From NCBI GenBank assembly GCA_963723515.1, contig CAVRQT010000002.1, positions 288,001-352,000 on the forward strand: a stretch of DNA of 64,000 nucleotides. The letters run 5' to 3'. This stretch comes from Vulcanimicrobiota bacterium (GTDB taxonomy: Bacteria; Vulcanimicrobiota; Vulcanimicrobiia; Vulcanimicrobiales; Vulcanimicrobiaceae). Shown here one piece after another: positions 39,493-53,419 of the stretch (position 1 is its first letter; each line of letters starts with the position of its first letter). The position numbers and the translations under genes are program-made. The notes under the pieces are model-generated. The model was not told the DNA's origin, did not search any database, and saw nothing but the letters and a program-made list of their open reading frames with translations.

Positions 39493-39550
39493 AACATTCC
39501 TTCCTCTGCCGTTGAAGTTCAGGAAACGTTGTACCCGAGAGCCGCCGCCG

Positions 39551-41275
<1,725 letters not shown>

Positions 41276-41280
41276 GTACC

Positions 41281-41310
41281 AGCGTACGTCCGCAGGTCCC
41301 GCGGTGTCAA
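41281..41310 (-). promoter_or_regulatory. Sigma70-type promoter for riboswitch-thiC
   Basis: TTGACA-N18-TACGCT; places the TSS at the riboswitch 5' end. Confidence 0.7.
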
Positions 41311-41326
41311 CACGCAACTTCGGCGC

Positions 41327-42238
41327 GTGCCGTCGACACGCGCGTTGGGCTTGGTGTTGCTGCTCGGCGCGCAGTTGGCAGTCGGAGCCGCCGCCATCTT
41401 CGCACGGTACGCGCTAGCCGCGGCGCAACCGCTTGCGGTCGCGGCGCTGCGATTGGTCCTCGCGGCGGCGATCTTGCTTCTGATCTCAGCCCTCACGCGG
41501 ACGCTTCGCTCCGGCATGAGCCGCACGTCCGGCATCACGCTCATCTTCGCAGGAATCTTCTTGGCGATCCATTTTGCGGCGTGGATCTGGTCGCTCGAAT
41601 ACACGACGATCGCCATCTCGACGCTGCTCGTGTGCACGACGCCGCTGTGGACTTCCTTATATGATGCGGTGGTGCTCAAACGCAATTTGCCGCCGGCCGT
41701 TTGGATTGCATACACGGGCGGAGCGCTTGGATTATGGCTCGTCGTCGGCGTTGCCGGATCGGCGCCGCCCGTCGCCGGCCATCAACTGTTAGGCGCCGCG
41801 CTGGCGCTCTGCGGAAGCCTCGGCATCGGTGCGTACTTCATTCTCGTGCGCACGGTGCGCGCAAAGCTCGGGACAACCGCGATCGTCACGCGCACCTATG
41901 GCTGGGCAGCGATTGCTCTCGTGATCGGTGCCCTTGCGGCACGGCAACCGCCGCCGGCAATGCACGCGACGGCTGCCTGGCTCGGCATCATTGCCATGGC
42001 GCTCATTTCGCAATTATTGGGGCATACGGCAATGAACGCGTCGTTGCGCTGGTTCTCGCCAAGCGCGGTCGCAATGGCGACCCTGCTGGAACCGATCTTT
42101 GCCGCCTTGCTCGCCGCCGCGATTTTCGGCGAGCGCTTGACCGCGCAGGCGCTGGCCGGCGGTGGCGTCTTGCTCGTAGCAATTGCCGTAGTTCTCATCT
42201 ACGAATCGCCGCCGACGCCGGAATTGAAATTGGATTAG
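41327..42238 (+). CDS. DMT/EamA family transporter
   Basis: Ten TMs, HFAAWIWSLEYTT, QLLGHT, LLEPIFAALLA..IFGE. Confidence 0.9.
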   Translation: MPSTRALGLVLLLGAQLAVGAAAIFARYALAAAQPLAVAALRLVLAAAILLLISALTRTLRSGMSRTSGITLIFAGIFLAIHFAAWIWSLEYTTIAISTLLVCTTPLWTSLYDAVVLKRNLPPAVWIAYTGGALGLWLVVGVAGSAPPVAGHQLLGAALALCGSLGIGAYFILVRTVRAKLGTTAIVTRTYGWAAIALVIGALAARQPPPAMHATAAWLGIIAMALISQLLGHTAMNASLRWFSPSAVAMATLLEPIFAALLAAAIFGERLTAQALAGGGVLLVAIAVVLIYESPPTPELKLD

Positions 42239-42252
42239 CGGAAACCCGTCGT

Positions 42253-44943
42253 ATGGCAACGATGACCACGACACCCACGCTGCCGATTCAGCCCTCCGAC
42301 CCCGATCCGCAAGAAACACAGGAGTGGCTCGATGCGGTCGACGGCGTGCTACGGTCCGAAGGCCCGGCGCGCGCCCAGCAGCTCGTTGAAAAGGTTGTCG
42401 AACGCGCGCAGGCTGGTGGCGCGCACGTCTCGCTCGGCGTGCAAACGCCGTATATCAACACGATCCCGCCACAAGAACAAGCGGCGATGCCTGGCAGCGA
42501 CGAACTGGAAACGCGCATCCGTCATTACGTGCGCTGGAATGCGATGGCGATGGTTATACGCGCCAACCTCAAGAGCTCCGAGCTCGGCGGACACGTCGCC
42601 AGTTTTTCGTCCGCGGCGACGCTGTATGACGTCGGCTTCAATTACTTCTTTCGTGCGCCGTCAGAAGCGCGCGGCGGCGATCTCGTTTTCTTCCAAGGAC
42701 ACTCCTCGCCCGGATTTTACGCGCGCGCGTTCTTAGAAGGCCGCATCACCGAAGAGCAGCTCGACCACTTCCGCCAGGAAGTGAGCGGCAAAGGGCTTTC
42801 ATCGTATCCGCACCCGTGGCTGATGCCGGATTTCTGGCAGTTTCCAACCGTTTCGATGGGCTTAGGCCCGATGATGGCGATCTACCAAGCACGCTTCATG
42901 CGTTATCTGGCGCATCGCGGAATCGCCGACACAACCGGACGTAAGGTTTGGTGTTTTCTCGGCGATGGTGAGGTTGACGAACCGGAATCGCTGGGCGCCA
43001 TCTCCGTCGCCTCGCGCGAGCAGCTCGACAATCTGATCTTCGTGGTCAACTGCAACCTGCAGCGTCTGGACGGCCCGGTTCGCGGTAACGGGAAGATCAT
43101 TCAAGAGCTCGAGCGCGTCTTTCGGGGCTCGGGCTGGAATGTGATCAAAGTGATCTGGGGCAGCAATTGGGATCCGTTGCTCGCGCGCGATCACACCGGA
43201 CGCCTCGTGCAGTTGATGAACGAATGCGTCGATGGCGACTACCAGACGTTCAAAGCGAACAACGGCGCGTTTGTGCGCGAGCATTTCTTCGGTCGTTATC
43301 CCGAGACGCTGGAGCTCGTCGAGCATATGACGGACGAGCAGATCTGGGCGCTGCAGCGCGGCGGCCACGATCCGCGCAAGGTGTACGCCGCGTACGATGC
43401 TGCGGTGAAAGCGCAAGGGCAGCCGACGGTTATCCTCGCGAAAACGATCAAGGGCTATGGTATGGGGGCTTCCGGGGAAGCGCAAAACATCGCGCATCAG
43501 CAGAAGCACATGGAGATCCAATCGATGCGCGCGTTTCGCGACCGCTTTTCGATTCCGATCTCGGATCCGGAGCTCGAAAAAGTTCCGTTTTATAAGCCGC
43601 CCGACGACAGCCCCGAGATGCAATATCTGCAGGAACGGCAACGCGAGCTCGGTGCGGTACCCAAGCGCCGCCGGCGAGCCGGATCGCTCACGCGTTCCGC
43701 AACTTTCCGCGTTTGAAGCGCAAACGCGCGGCACAGGCGACCGCGAGATCTCGACGACGATGGCCTTCGTGCGAATTTTGGCGGCGATCATTCGCGATAA
43801 AGGGATCGGCCATCGCGTCGTGCCGATCGTGGCCGACGAGTCGCGCACCTTCGGCATGGAAGGCATGTTCCGCCAACTCGGCATCTTCTCGCAAGTCGGC
43901 CAGCTGTACAACCCGCAAGACGCGGCCCAATTGATGTACTACCGCGAAGACAAGTCCGGGCAAATTCTTCAGGAAGGCATCAACGAAGCGGGCGCGATCT
44001 CATCGTGGATCGCGGCTGCGACATCGTACTCGACAACAACGAGCAGATGATTCCGTTTTACATCTTCTACTCGATGTTCGGTTTCCAGCGCGTCGGCGAT
44101 CTCGCGTGGGCGGCGGGCGACATGCGAAGCCGCGGCTTTTTGATCGGCGGAACGAGCGGGCGCACGACGCTCAACGGCGAGGGGCTGCAGCACGAGGACG
44201 GCCACAGCCAAGTCTTTGCGTCGTTCATTCCGAACTGCGTCTCCTACGATCCGACGTACAGCTACGAGCTCGCGGTCATCATTCAAGATGGCTTGCGACG
44301 TATGTGCTACGCGCAAGAAGACATCTACTACTACATCACGGTGATGAACGAGAATTACCATCATCCCGATATGCCGCCGGGCGTCGAAAATGGGATCTTG
44401 CGCGGCATGTATTTGCTGCGCGATGCCGGCAAAGGGGAGACAAAGAAAGCGCGCGTGCAACTGCTTGGGTCGGGCGCGATCTTGCGCGAAGTAGTGGCGG
44501 CGGCCGATCTGCTCGCGAACGACTTCGACGTCGCGGCCGACGTCTGGAGCGTGACGAGCTTCAACGAGTTGCGCCGCGACGGGCTTGCGGTGCAACGCTA
44601 CAACTTGCTGCATCCCGAGGAAAAACCGCGCGTTCCATATGTCGAGCAATGCTTGGCGGAACATTCCGGTCCGGTCGTTGCCGCGACGGATTATGTAAAG
44701 ACGTTCGGCGATCAAATCCGTCCCTTCATCAAGCGGCCGTATCACGTGCTCGGTACGGACGGCTATGGCCGCAGCGACTACCGGCGAAGGTTGCGCGAGT
44801 TCTTTGAGGTCGACCGTGAGTTCGTCGCTCTTGCGGCCTTGAAGAAACTTGCGGATGCGGGAACGGTGCCGGTCGCGATGGTGTCGGAAGCGATTCGCAA
44901 ATACGAGATCGACGCGAACAAACCGAATCCGCTAACGGCGTAA
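42253..44943 (+). CDS. aceE: Pyruvate dehydrogenase E1, homodimeric type (frameshifts at about 43690 and 44035)
   Basis: DPDPQETQEWL, FQGHSSPG, TVSMGLGP, GDGEVDEPES, DESRTFGMEG, FYSMFGFQR, GEGLQHEDG. Confidence 0.97.
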
Positions 44944-44956
44944 GGAGCACGCGAGA

Positions 44957-46326
44957 GTGAGCGAAATTGACGTTCGAGTTCCCGATATCGGCGACTTCAA
45001 AGACGTTCCGGTCATCGAGGTTCTCGTCAAGCCGGGCGATCGCATCAATAAGGAAGATCCGCTCATTACGCTTGAGTCTGAGAAGGCGACGATGGAAGTC
45101 CCGGCGCCGGCGAGCGGCGTCGTCAAGGAATTGAAGGTCAATATCAACGACAAGGTGTCGCAAGGCGCTTCGATTCTGACCCTGAGCGTTGCCGATGCCG
45201 CGACCGATGCGCAAACCAAAGCCGACGAAGCGCGCGCCGACGATCAGCGCCCTGACGCGAATGTCGATGAAGGCGAAGAGGTGATGGAAGGCGCGCCGCC
45301 GGTCAACGCCCCCGCCGCGCAAAGCAAAGAGTTTACTCCGCCGCCGAGCGCGCCGCGTGAATCTCCACAGTTTACACCGCCGCCACCGTCGCCAAACGGT
45401 GAAACGGAACGCGACGGCGACGTGCATGCAAGTCCCTCGATCCGCCGTTTCGCACGCGAGCTCGGCGTCGATCTGCGCGCGATTCGCGGTACCGGGCCCA
45501 GCGGCAGAATCACGCGCGAAGACGTTCAGGGATTCATAAAGACCGCCTTACACGAAGGCGTAACGACGGATCAGCCCGCGGCGGCCGGCGCTGCGTTCGG
45601 AGTCGCGCCATGGCCGAAAGTTGATTTCGCGCAGTTCGGCCCGACGGAGCGCCAACCGCTCTCGCGCATCAAGAAGATCGCCGGCCCCGCTCTGCACCGA
45701 AATTGGGTCATGATTCCGCACGTCACCAACAACGAAGATGCGGATGTGACCGACCTCGAGGAGTTTCGCAAGCGCGTGACTGCGGAACGGCAAGCGCAGG
45801 CGTCAAGGTGACGATTCTCGCCTTCTTGATCAAAGCGGTCGTTGCCGCGTTGCAAAAGTATCCGGAATTTAACTCATCGCTTGACGGCGATGAGTTGGTT
45901 CTCAAGCGTTACTACAACATCGGCTTTGCGGCCGACACGCCGCAAGGTCTCGTCGTCCCGGTCGTCAAGAACGCCGATCAGAAAGGCATCGTGCAGATCG
46001 CCGCTGAGACGGCGCAGCTAGCCGCCAAAGCGCGCGATGGAAAACTTGGCCCGAACGACATGTCGGGTGGAACGTTCACGATTTCGAGCTTGGGCGGCAT
46101 CGGCGGAACGTATTTCACGCCGATCATCAATGCGCCGGAGGTTGCGATTCTGGGCGTTTGCCGTGCCGCGTTGCGCCCCGTCTGGATCGGCACGCAGTTC
46201 GTACCGCGGCTGATGCTGCCGCTCTCACTCTCTTACGATCACCGCGTCATCGACGGCGCAGCCGCTGCCCGCTTCAACGTCTATCTTGCGGCGCTGCTCG
46301 GCGACATGCGGCTGGCAATGCTTTAA
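44957..46326 (+). CDS. aceF: Dihydrolipoamide acetyltransferase E2 (frameshift at about 45795)
   Basis: Lipoyl domain [12 protein letters not shown]3-binding [13 protein letters not shown], catalytic SYDHRVIDG. Confidence 0.95.
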
Positions 46327-46340
46327 GAAACGAGGCAGAT

Positions 46341-46703
46341 ATGAGTACGATCAAGGGTATGGATCTCGTCGGTTTCAGCTCGCCGAAGTCGAAGGAGCTG
46401 ATCGCCTTCTATCGCGACGTGCTCGGATTGAAACCGACGACCCACGATGAAGACGGCACCGCAGCGGAGTTTGAACTCTCGGATGGCAGCACGCTCGGCA
46501 TCTGGGATCCTCAGGATCAGAACATGTACCACCCCGGCGCGGCGATCATGTTCTCAGTGCCGGACGCTAAGGCAGCCGTCGAAGAGTTTCGCAAGCGCGG
46601 CGCGCAAATCGCAGACGTCATCGAATCGCCGGTCTGCTTTCTCGCACCCGGTCAAGACCCGGCCGGCAACGCGATCGTCATCCATCAGCGCAAGAAACAG
46701 TAG
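46341..46703 (+). CDS. VOC/glyoxalase family protein
   Basis: FYRDVLGL, FSVPD, DPAGN; ATG at 46341 after GAGG. Confidence 0.88.
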   Translation: MSTIKGMDLVGFSSPKSKELIAFYRDVLGLKPTTHDEDGTAAEFELSDGSTLGIWDPQDQNMYHPGAAIMFSVPDAKAAVEEFRKRGAQIADVIESPVCFLAPGQDPAGNAIVIHQRKKQ

Positions 46704-46784
46704 ACTACGATGGAGCCGCTGTCCGCTGCAACGCTTTGCTTCCGGCGTTGTCGCGAACAAGCGGCTAGCCATCTTTAACTGAGG

Positions 46785-47369
46785 TTAGCTTCGGGCGCCC
46801 GCGTACTCACGTTGTCGGGCTTGCGCAAACACCTCAAGCATTTTCTGATTAAACGCGGGAAGGTCGTCCGGCTTGCGGCTTGTCACGAGGTTATCGTGCA
46901 CGACGACCGGTTCGTCGACCCAATTTGCGCCGGCGTTGCTCAAATCGGTTTTGAGCGACGGCCACGACGTCATGCGTTTGCCGGACACGCCCTCAGCATC
47001 GATCAGCGTCCACGGCCCGTGGCAGATCGCTGCGATGGGTTTGCCGGAGCGGACAAAGGCGCGAACGAACTCGATCGCCTTCGGTTCTAAGCGCAGCTTG
47101 TCAGGGTTCTTCGTCCCACCCGGCAGCAAAAGCGCGTCGTAGTCGTTTGGGTTCGCGCGCTCGAGCGGCACGTCGATCGGGAATGTGTCGCCCTTCTCCT
47201 CGTGGTTCATCCCCTGCACTTTGCCTTTTGCAGGCGAAACGAGCTCCGGCTTCGCGCCGGCTTCTTGCAGCGCGCGCACCGGTTCGGTCATCTCAGCTTG
47301 TTCGAATCCGTCGGTCAGCAGGACCGCGACTCTGGTTCCGTTCAGGTTTTTCGATTGTGACGTTTGCAT
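46785..47369 (-). CDS. PfpI/DJ-1 family protein
   Basis: DGFEQAE, LPGG, AICHGPW, TSRKPDDL. Confidence 0.93.
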   Translation of the reverse strand: MQTSQSKNLNGTRVAVLLTDGFEQAEMTEPVRALQEAGAKPELVSPAKGKVQGMNHEEKGDTFPIDVPLERANPNDYDALLLPGGTKNPDKLRLEPKAIEFVRAFVRSGKPIAAICHGPWTLIDAEGVSGKRMTSWPSLKTDLSNAGANWVDEPVVVHDNLVTSRKPDDLPAFNQKMLEVFAQARQREYAGARS

Positions 47370-47426
47370 AACGAAAAATTTCTACCCGCACGGTAGGCCG
47401 CTAAACAATTGAGCTTGTTTGCAAAC

Positions 47427-48068
47427 TTAGGCGTTGACCGTTCGCTTGCCGATTACGTTTCCGGCGCCACGGCCAACGGCCGCGCCGACGATGATGAAGC
47501 CGACAACGATGAGCATGCCCCAGCTCGGAGCACCCATATCCGTTCCGATCAGCACTCCTATAGCAACGCCAACCGCGGCGCCGACAAGCCGTAAGGCTTG
47601 TACGAAGCCGACGATGCGAACGTCGTCAGTCATATCGCGGCGCGGCCTTAGGACGCCGATGAGATACACGATGCCGAACAACAACAAGACGATTCCAAAG
47701 GTGCCCATGTACAAGCAGAAACTTGGCCAAAAGCTTATGCCGAGGCGCATTGAGTGCAGAAAGAGTTGGAGTGCATAAACGAGCAGCACGATCGCTCCCA
47801 AAACAGCGAAGTTCAGCACGACGTTCAGCGGCGTGGGCACAAAGTAGTGCTCGAACCACTTGTGGTGGCGCAACCAAAGCATGCAAATGATCGCGAAGGT
47901 GATGAGGAAAGCAAAGAAACCGAACGGCTTATAGACTACGTCGGTGACGTGCGGCGGAATCGTTAAGCTCAGGCTCAGTTGCGCCAGACTAAAGCCGATC
48001 ACGATATCGCTAAAAGCTTCCAAGCGGTGTGTGAACCGATCGGGGTCGCCGTAAGGAACGAACCTCAA
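47427..48068 (-). CDS. TMEM175-like K+ channel protein
   Basis: RLEAFSD signature, W..HH..F, six TMs. Confidence 0.8.
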   Translation of the reverse strand: MRFVPYGDPDRFTHRLEAFSDIVIGFSLAQLSLSLTIPPHVTDVVYKPFGFFAFLITFAIICMLWLRHHKWFEHYFVPTPLNVVLNFAVLGAIVLLVYALQLFLHSMRLGISFWPSFCLYMGTFGIVLLLFGIVYLIGVLRPRRDMTDDVRIVGFVQALRLVGAAVGVAIGVLIGTDMGAPSWGMLIVVGFIIVGAAVGRGAGNVIGKRTVNA

Positions 48069-50809
48069 GCGCCGGACGCGAGCTGGCGCAAAACGTATTG
48101 CAAGATGCCGCCGTGGCGGTAGTATTCCGCCTCATCCGGCGTATCGATGCGTAGGAGCACCTTGAATGAAAGCGATTGCCGCTGCGCATCGGTTACGCGA
48201 ACATGAAGCGTCATACGGTGCGCGACACCTTGCTCTTCGAGCCCGACGATATCATACGTCTCTTCACCACTGAGCGCGTACGTCGTGCGATCGGCGCCAT
48301 CCATAAACTCGAGCGGCAGAATGCCCATCCCGATCAGGTTGCTCCGGTGGATCCGTTCAAACGATTCCGCGATTATGGCGCGCACGCCGAGCAGCATCGG
48401 GCCTTTTGCGGCCCAATCTCGCGAAGAACCGGAGCCATACTCTTTGCCCGCAAGCACGATCAGCGGCGTCCCGTCGGCCTTATATCGCATCGCAGCATCA
48501 TAGATCGACATGCGCTCGTTGGTCGGAAGATAGCGCGTCACGCCGCCTTCGATGCCTTCGGCTAACACGTTGCGCAGGCGCACGTTTGCAAACGTCCCGC
48601 GCATCATCACTTCATGGTTTCCGCGTCGCGCACCGTAGGAGTTGAAGTCGACGGGATGGACACCGCGATCGACCAGATACTTTGCCGCCGGCGACGTTCG
48701 TGAAATCGCGCCCGCCGGTGAAATGTGATCCGTTGTGACGCTATCTCCCAGCACTGCCAGGGCACGCGCGCCCAGGATGTCGGTGATCACCGGCAGCTCC
48801 ATGCGCATACCGTCGAAGTACGGCGGTTTTTTGACGTACTCGGATTGCGGATCCCATTTGTACCGCTCGCCTTGCGGGATCTCGAGCCTCGACCAGTTGT
48901 CGTCGCCCCGAAAAACGTCCGCATAGCGGCGGCGGAACATCTGTTCTGAAACCGACTCGGCGACGACTCTGTTGACCTCGGCGTCGCTCGGCCAAATATC
49001 TTTTAGATAGACCGGCTCACCATCATGGCCCATCCCCAGCGGCTCCCGCGTGAGATCAACGTCCATGCGGCCGGCAAGCGCATAGGCAACGACAAGCGGC
49101 GGTGAAGCGAGATAATTGGCGTGCACTTGCGGATGGATGCGGCCTTCGAAATTCCGATTGCCGCTCAACACGGCGGCGACGATTGTCTCCTGTTCGGCGA
49201 TGGATTCGGCAATTTCCGGCGGCAGCGGACCGCTGTTGCCGATGCACGTCGTGCAACCATAGCCAACGAGATTGAAGCCGAGCTCGTTGAGCGCGCTCTG
49301 CAATCCCGCATGCTCGAGATAATCCGTGACGACTTGCGAGCCGGGCGCAAGCGACGTCTTCACCCACGGTTTGCGCTGCAATCCCCGCTCGAGGGCCTTC
49401 TTTGCGACCAACCCTGCGGCGATCATGACGGCAGGATTCGAGGTATTCGTGCAACTCGTGATTGCGGCGATAACGACGTCGCCGTCGGAAAGATCGATGC
49501 TGGGCCGCGCAGCAACCGCTGTTCCTCCGCCGCCTTCATTCTCAAGCCGTGCGACGGCGTTCGCCGCCTTTGCATCGCGCATCGCCTGCCACTCGACAAG
49601 CGCTTCCATGAAATTCTCTTTGACCTTTGAGAGCGGCACGCGATCTTGCGGACGGCGCGGACCAGCGAGGTTGGGCTCGACCGTTGTGAGATCCAGTTCG
49701 AGCGTCTGCGTGAAGTGCGGATCAGCAACGCCGTCGGTTCGGAACATGCCTTGCGCTTTCGCGTACGCTTCGACGAGCGCAATTTGCGCTTCGTCGCGGC
49801 CGGTTAGCCGCAAGTATTCGAGCGTCTGTTCGTCGATTGGAAAGATCGCGCATGTCGAACCGTACTCGGGCGACATGTTGCCTATCGTCACGCGGTCCGC
49901 TACGCCGAGATTTGAAAGACCGTCCCCGTAAAATTCGACGAACTTTCCGACGACGCCCAACTTGCGCAGCGTTTCGGTGACGGTCAGCACCAGATCGGTT
50001 GCGGTCACGCCTTCGCGCAACGCGCCGTCCAAACGGAAACCAACGACCTCGGGAACGAGCATCGTGACCGGCTGCCCCAGCATCGCGGCTTCGGCCTCAA
50101 TGCCGCCGACGCCCCACGCCAAGACGCCGAGCCCATTGACCATCGTGGTATGCGAATCGGTGCCGACGAGCGTATCGGGATACGCGAGCGGCTCGCCATC
50201 ACTGTATCCAATGCCGGCGCCGCCCGCCCCGAAGACAACGCGCGCCAAATACTCGATATTTACTTGGTGAACGATTCCGGTATCGGGTGGGACGACGCGG
50301 AAGTTCGAAAGCGCACGCTGTCCCCATTTCAAGAAGGCATAGCGTTCGCGATTGCGTTCAAACTCGAGCGCGGCATTTTGCGCGAATGCGTCCGAGGTTG
50401 CAAAGCGATCGACTTGCACCGAGTGGTCGATCACAAGCTCCGCAGGCTGCAGGGGATTGATCTTCTTCGGATCGCCGCCGAGGTCAGCCATCGCGTCTCG
50501 CATTGCGGCGAGGTCAACGATCGAGGGAACGCCGGTAAAATCTTGCAAGAGCACACGCGCCGGTTGAAAAGAGACTTCAAGCTCGCGCTGCGAGCGGGGA
50601 TTCCATTTCGCGACCCCTTCGATGTCCGAACGCGTGACAGTGCGTTCGTCTTCAAAGCGCAGCAGATTCTCGAGCAGAATCTTGATCGAGAACGGTATCG
50701 CTTCGAGCCGCGCACCGGCATTCTCGAGCGCAGCGAGGCGATAGAAGCGATATTGCCGGCCGGCGACGCTCAGCGTGTCGGCGGCTTGAAAGCTATCCGC
50801 GGATCCCAT
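48065..50809 (-). CDS. acnA: Aconitate hydratase A
   Basis: [62 protein letters not shown]. Confidence 0.97.
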   Translation of the reverse strand: MGSADSFQAADTLSVAGRQYRFYRLAALENAGARLEAIPFSIKILLENLLRFEDERTVTRSDIEGVAKWNPRSQRELEVSFQPARVLLQDFTGVPSIVDLAAMRDAMADLGGDPKKINPLQPAELVIDHSVQVDRFATSDAFAQNAALEFERNRERYAFLKWGQRALSNFRVVPPDTGIVHQVNIEYLARVVFGAGGAGIGYSDGEPLAYPDTLVGTDSHTTMVNGLGVLAWGVGGIEAEAAMLGQPVTMLVPEVVGFRLDGALREGVTATDLVLTVTETLRKLGVVGKFVEFYGDGLSNLGVADRVTIGNMSPEYGSTCAIFPIDEQTLEYLRLTGRDEAQIALVEAYAKAQGMFRTDGVADPHFTQTLELDLTTVEPNLAGPRRPQDRVPLSKVKENFMEALVEWQAMRDAKAANAVARLENEGGGGTAVAARPSIDLSDGDVVIAAITSCTNTSNPAVMIAAGLVAKKALERGLQRKPWVKTSLAPGSQVVTDYLEHAGLQSALNELGFNLVGYGCTTCIGNSGPLPPEIAESIAEQETIVAAVLSGNRNFEGRIHPQVHANYLASPPLVVAYALAGRMDVDLTREPLGMGHDGEPVYLKDIWPSDAEVNRVVAESVSEQMFRRRYADVFRGDDNWSRLEIPQGERYKWDPQSEYVKKPPYFDGMRMELPVITDILGARALAVLGDSVTTDHISPAGAISRTSPAAKYLVDRGVHPVDFNSYGARRGNHEVMMRGTFANVRLRNVLAEGIEGGVTRYLPTNERMSIYDAAMRYKADGTPLIVLAGKEYGSGSSRDWAAKGPMLLGVRAIIAESFERIHRSNLIGMGILPLEFMDGADRTTYALSGEETYDIVGLEEQGVAHRMTLHVRVTDAQRQSLSFKVLLRIDTPDEAEYYRHGGILQYVLRQLASGA

Positions 50810-51974
50810 GAAAGGTGATTTGTGGAGCGCGCTGTGCGTAGCCTTCGATGCGCAGCGCCTGCTCGCCGCAGAGCAGTTGCCACAGCGGTTCAACGACCAA
50901 TTGCGAGCGCCAGGAACTGATGTCCAAACCGCGCTCGAGGGCGGCTCTCTCGGGCGGCAGTTCGCGCGCGATTCGCTCCAGCGCTGCGCGTGGAACCAGA
51001 AGACTCCCCGGCAAATCGTTCGCGCGCGCAATCGCTGAGACGAGAACGTTCATCGCTGCCACGAGCCCTTCGCGCTGCACGCCGGGCGGCCGCGCCGGCT
51101 TTTGCGGCAAATCGGCTTCCGCGAGTGCTTCGCCGCGCGCAACGGCCGCCAGAATCTCCTTGCCGAGCGTCCGGCGCGCGCCCGCGTCCAGCCGCCGCAG
51201 CTGCATGAGATCGTTTTCCGTTTTCGGCCGCAAGCTCGCCAAACCGGCGAGGACGTCGTCCGCCAACACGTAGCGCAAGGGCACGTCGCGGCGCCGCGCA
51301 ATCGCATCGCGCAATGCCGTCAGTTCGCTCAGCACGCCAAGCTCGCGGCGATTCATCCGATTGGCTCCGGGAATTCGCAGATAGGCGCGATGCGGATCGA
51401 CGCGATACTGCTCGAGCGTTCCGAGCGGCCGGCATTCCTCGATGACCCAGGCCAAACGTTCGCGTGATTCCAGTCGTGAAAGCAGATGCTCGTGCAGGTC
51501 GAGCAGATAGGCAACGTCGTCAACCAAATACTCGAGCTGCATTGCGCTTAAAGGCCGCGCGCTCCAATCGCTGACCGTTTGCGACTTCTTCAAGCGCACG
51601 CCCAGCACGTCGCGCACGAGTTCCACGAGGGAAATGGAAAGACCATAGCCGCAAAACGCCGCAGCGATCTGCGTATCGAAAACGCGCGGCGGAACGCGGT
51701 CGAAGCGGTCGGCAAAAATCTTGAAATCGCCGCTCAGCGCGTGACCGATGACGAGCGTTTCGCTCAACGCTTCGACGACCGTCGAGAGATCGGGGACTGC
51801 CAGCGCATCGACGATCGCGACCTCATCCGCAAATGCGATTTGCATGGCCATCAAGCGCGCGGTGTACGCGCGTTCGTTGTGAAATTCGCTGTCGAAACCA
51901 ACACACGGCGCGCCACGAATCCGCTCGCAGAGCGCCCCAACCTGGCTCCCCTCGGAGATGAGTTGCGCCTTCAC
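50793..51974 (-). CDS. rnd: Ribonuclease D (3'-5' exonuclease + HRDC)
   Basis: [41 protein letters not shown]...VL.D. Confidence 0.9.
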   Translation of the reverse strand: MKAQLISEGSQVGALCERIRGAPCVGFDSEFHNERAYTARLMAMQIAFADEVAIVDALAVPDLSTVVEALSETLVIGHALSGDFKIFADRFDRVPPRVFDTQIAAAFCGYGLSISLVELVRDVLGVRLKKSQTVSDWSARPLSAMQLEYLVDDVAYLLDLHEHLLSRLESRERLAWVIEECRPLGTLEQYRVDPHRAYLRIPGANRMNRRELGVLSELTALRDAIARRRDVPLRYVLADDVLAGLASLRPKTENDLMQLRRLDAGARRTLGKEILAAVARGEALAEADLPQKPARPPGVQREGLVAAMNVLVSAIARANDLPGSLLVPRAALERIARELPPERAALERGLDISSWRSQLVVEPLWQLLCGEQALRIEGYAQRAPQITFHGIRG

Positions 51975-52621
51975 GGTGATCCGGTCGGGCTCGGCGTCGG
52001 CCTCGCCCGGAAGAAATGCGGCCGGTGACGCTCGTAAAATTCGTGCACGCGCTGATGCACGCGATGCTCGTAATTATGAACGACGAGCGTCACTTGATTG
52101 CCGAAGATGGCCAACAGCGTACAGACTGGAATCGCAATCGCGCACATCGTCCAAACGTGCACGAAGATCGGAACGCGAAATGTCGCGGCAACGCTCGTGG
52201 CGAGCGTTCCCCCGAGTCCCGGAATCAAGCGCACCGAGAGTAAGAATGGCGGCGATCCGATGCGAAAGCGACGAATCCACGAAGGCAGCCGTTCGAGCGT
52301 GCTTTCGAGATCGAGAAGATGCGAGGCGCGCTTATTCAGATAGTAGCCGAGCAACGCGGCAAAAACGAGACCGACGGCATTCACGACCGAGCCCCAGAGC
52401 GGGCCGAACACGGAGCCGTTCATGACCGCCAGCGCATCGGTCACGGAAAACGGCGCCGAAGCGACGATCGTGAAGATCGCCACGGCAATCGGATATGCGA
52501 GCGGTCCGATCGTCCGAATGTACCGTTCGACCGCGGGCTGATGCCGTATGACGAAAGCGGCCAGCGTGAACGAGACAACGAAAATCGCAATCGCGCTAAG
52601 CCGCCGAGTCAAATTAGTCAA
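51971..52621 (-). CDS. TVP38/TMEM64 (VTT/DedA-like) membrane protein
   Basis: G.VFGPLWG, RLIPG motif, multiple TMs. Confidence 0.8.
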   Translation of the reverse strand: MTNLTRRLSAIAIFVVSFTLAAFVIRHQPAVERYIRTIGPLAYPIAVAIFTIVASAPFSVTDALAVMNGSVFGPLWGSVVNAVGLVFAALLGYYLNKRASHLLDLESTLERLPSWIRRFRIGSPPFLLSVRLIPGLGGTLATSVAATFRVPIFVHVWTMCAIAIPVCTLLAIFGNQVTLVVHNYEHRVHQRVHEFYERHRPHFFRARPTPSPTGSP

Positions 52622-52644
52622 GCGGGCGCGTTTTCGCGCCCGCT
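52621..52644. terminator. GC-rich hairpin downstream of 52699-53313 gene
   Basis: Perfect 10-bp stem AGCGGGCGCG-TTTT-CGCGCCCGCT. Confidence 0.55.
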
Positions 52645-52649
52645 GCTTC

Positions 52650-52673
52650 TGTCACCCTGAGCTTTCGAAGGGC
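52650..52673 (+). repeat. Short REP-like intergenic repeat
   Basis: TGTCACCCTGAGCTTTCGAAGGGC; related copy at 34445. Confidence 0.5.
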
Positions 52674-52698
52674 AACCGTAATCGAGATAGGTTGGGGT

Positions 52699-53313
52699 CT
52701 ACATTGCTTTCATTTTGCCGTTCGCGTCGAGGTGATACGCGCTAGCAAGATCCGCTAAGGCGGTCAGCAAGATCACATGGTATTGCGCGTCGGCTGCAAC
52801 GCCATACTTGCCGTCGATGTCCTTCATGATCTGGTCGTGCAACGGATGCCCGACGAGGTGATCGAGGCCCACTTCAACGTTGTGCTTGTCATCGCCGATC
52901 GAGGAGGCGCCCCACAGAATGCCGGCGAGCGCTTCGCCATTCTTCGGATCGACCGCCGGTTGCGACGGAAGACTGATGTGCTTTACGGTGACGTAATGCA
53001 GTGCGTCGCCGATGATAAAGTCGAACGTCTTGACGAATTGCCCAACGGCCGCTTTGCCGTAGGTCTTGGAAAGTTTCGCAACCTCCGCGTTCGTCTTGTC
53101 GCCGGCCAACGTTTTGAGCAGCGTCATCGTGCTGTAGTTCTTCGGCCCACCGCCCGCGATTACGACGGCCAGCGTGGCACCAAGAACCGGCGGGCCAGTG
53201 TACACGCCGGGACCACCGAAGCGGGAATTCATATTGAGGTTTACGTCAGGCGGGGCCGCGGCAAGCAACAACGCTCCAGCCATCGTCGCGCCTAGTAACC
53301 GAGAGATCTGCAT
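52699..53313 (-). CDS. Secreted all-helical hypothetical protein
   Basis: Signal peptide, AAGGA SD, coherent codon usage; no family recognised. Confidence 0.75.
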   Translation of the reverse strand: MQISRLLGATMAGALLLAAAPPDVNLNMNSRFGGPGVYTGPPVLGATLAVVIAGGGPKNYSTMTLLKTLAGDKTNAEVAKLSKTYGKAAVGQFVKTFDFIIGDALHYVTVKHISLPSQPAVDPKNGEALAGILWGASSIGDDKHNVEVGLDHLVGHPLHDQIMKDIDGKYGVAADAQYHVILLTALADLASAYHLDANGKMKAM

Positions 53314-53419
53314 AGCGTCCTTTCTTTTACTTCTAACGGGTAAGAAGACGAGCTCGCCTTCTTATCAAGCACAACGGCGCGCCGTCCACTTTGGATTGCG
53401 GTAGGGTGGTGCTCAAAAC

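Noticed and set aside
42862..44745. Long antisense ORFs (349 aa, 258 aa) opposite aceE and other shadow ORFs
   Set aside because: Expected stop-poor antisense frames of high-GC3 genes, with no recognisable motifs.
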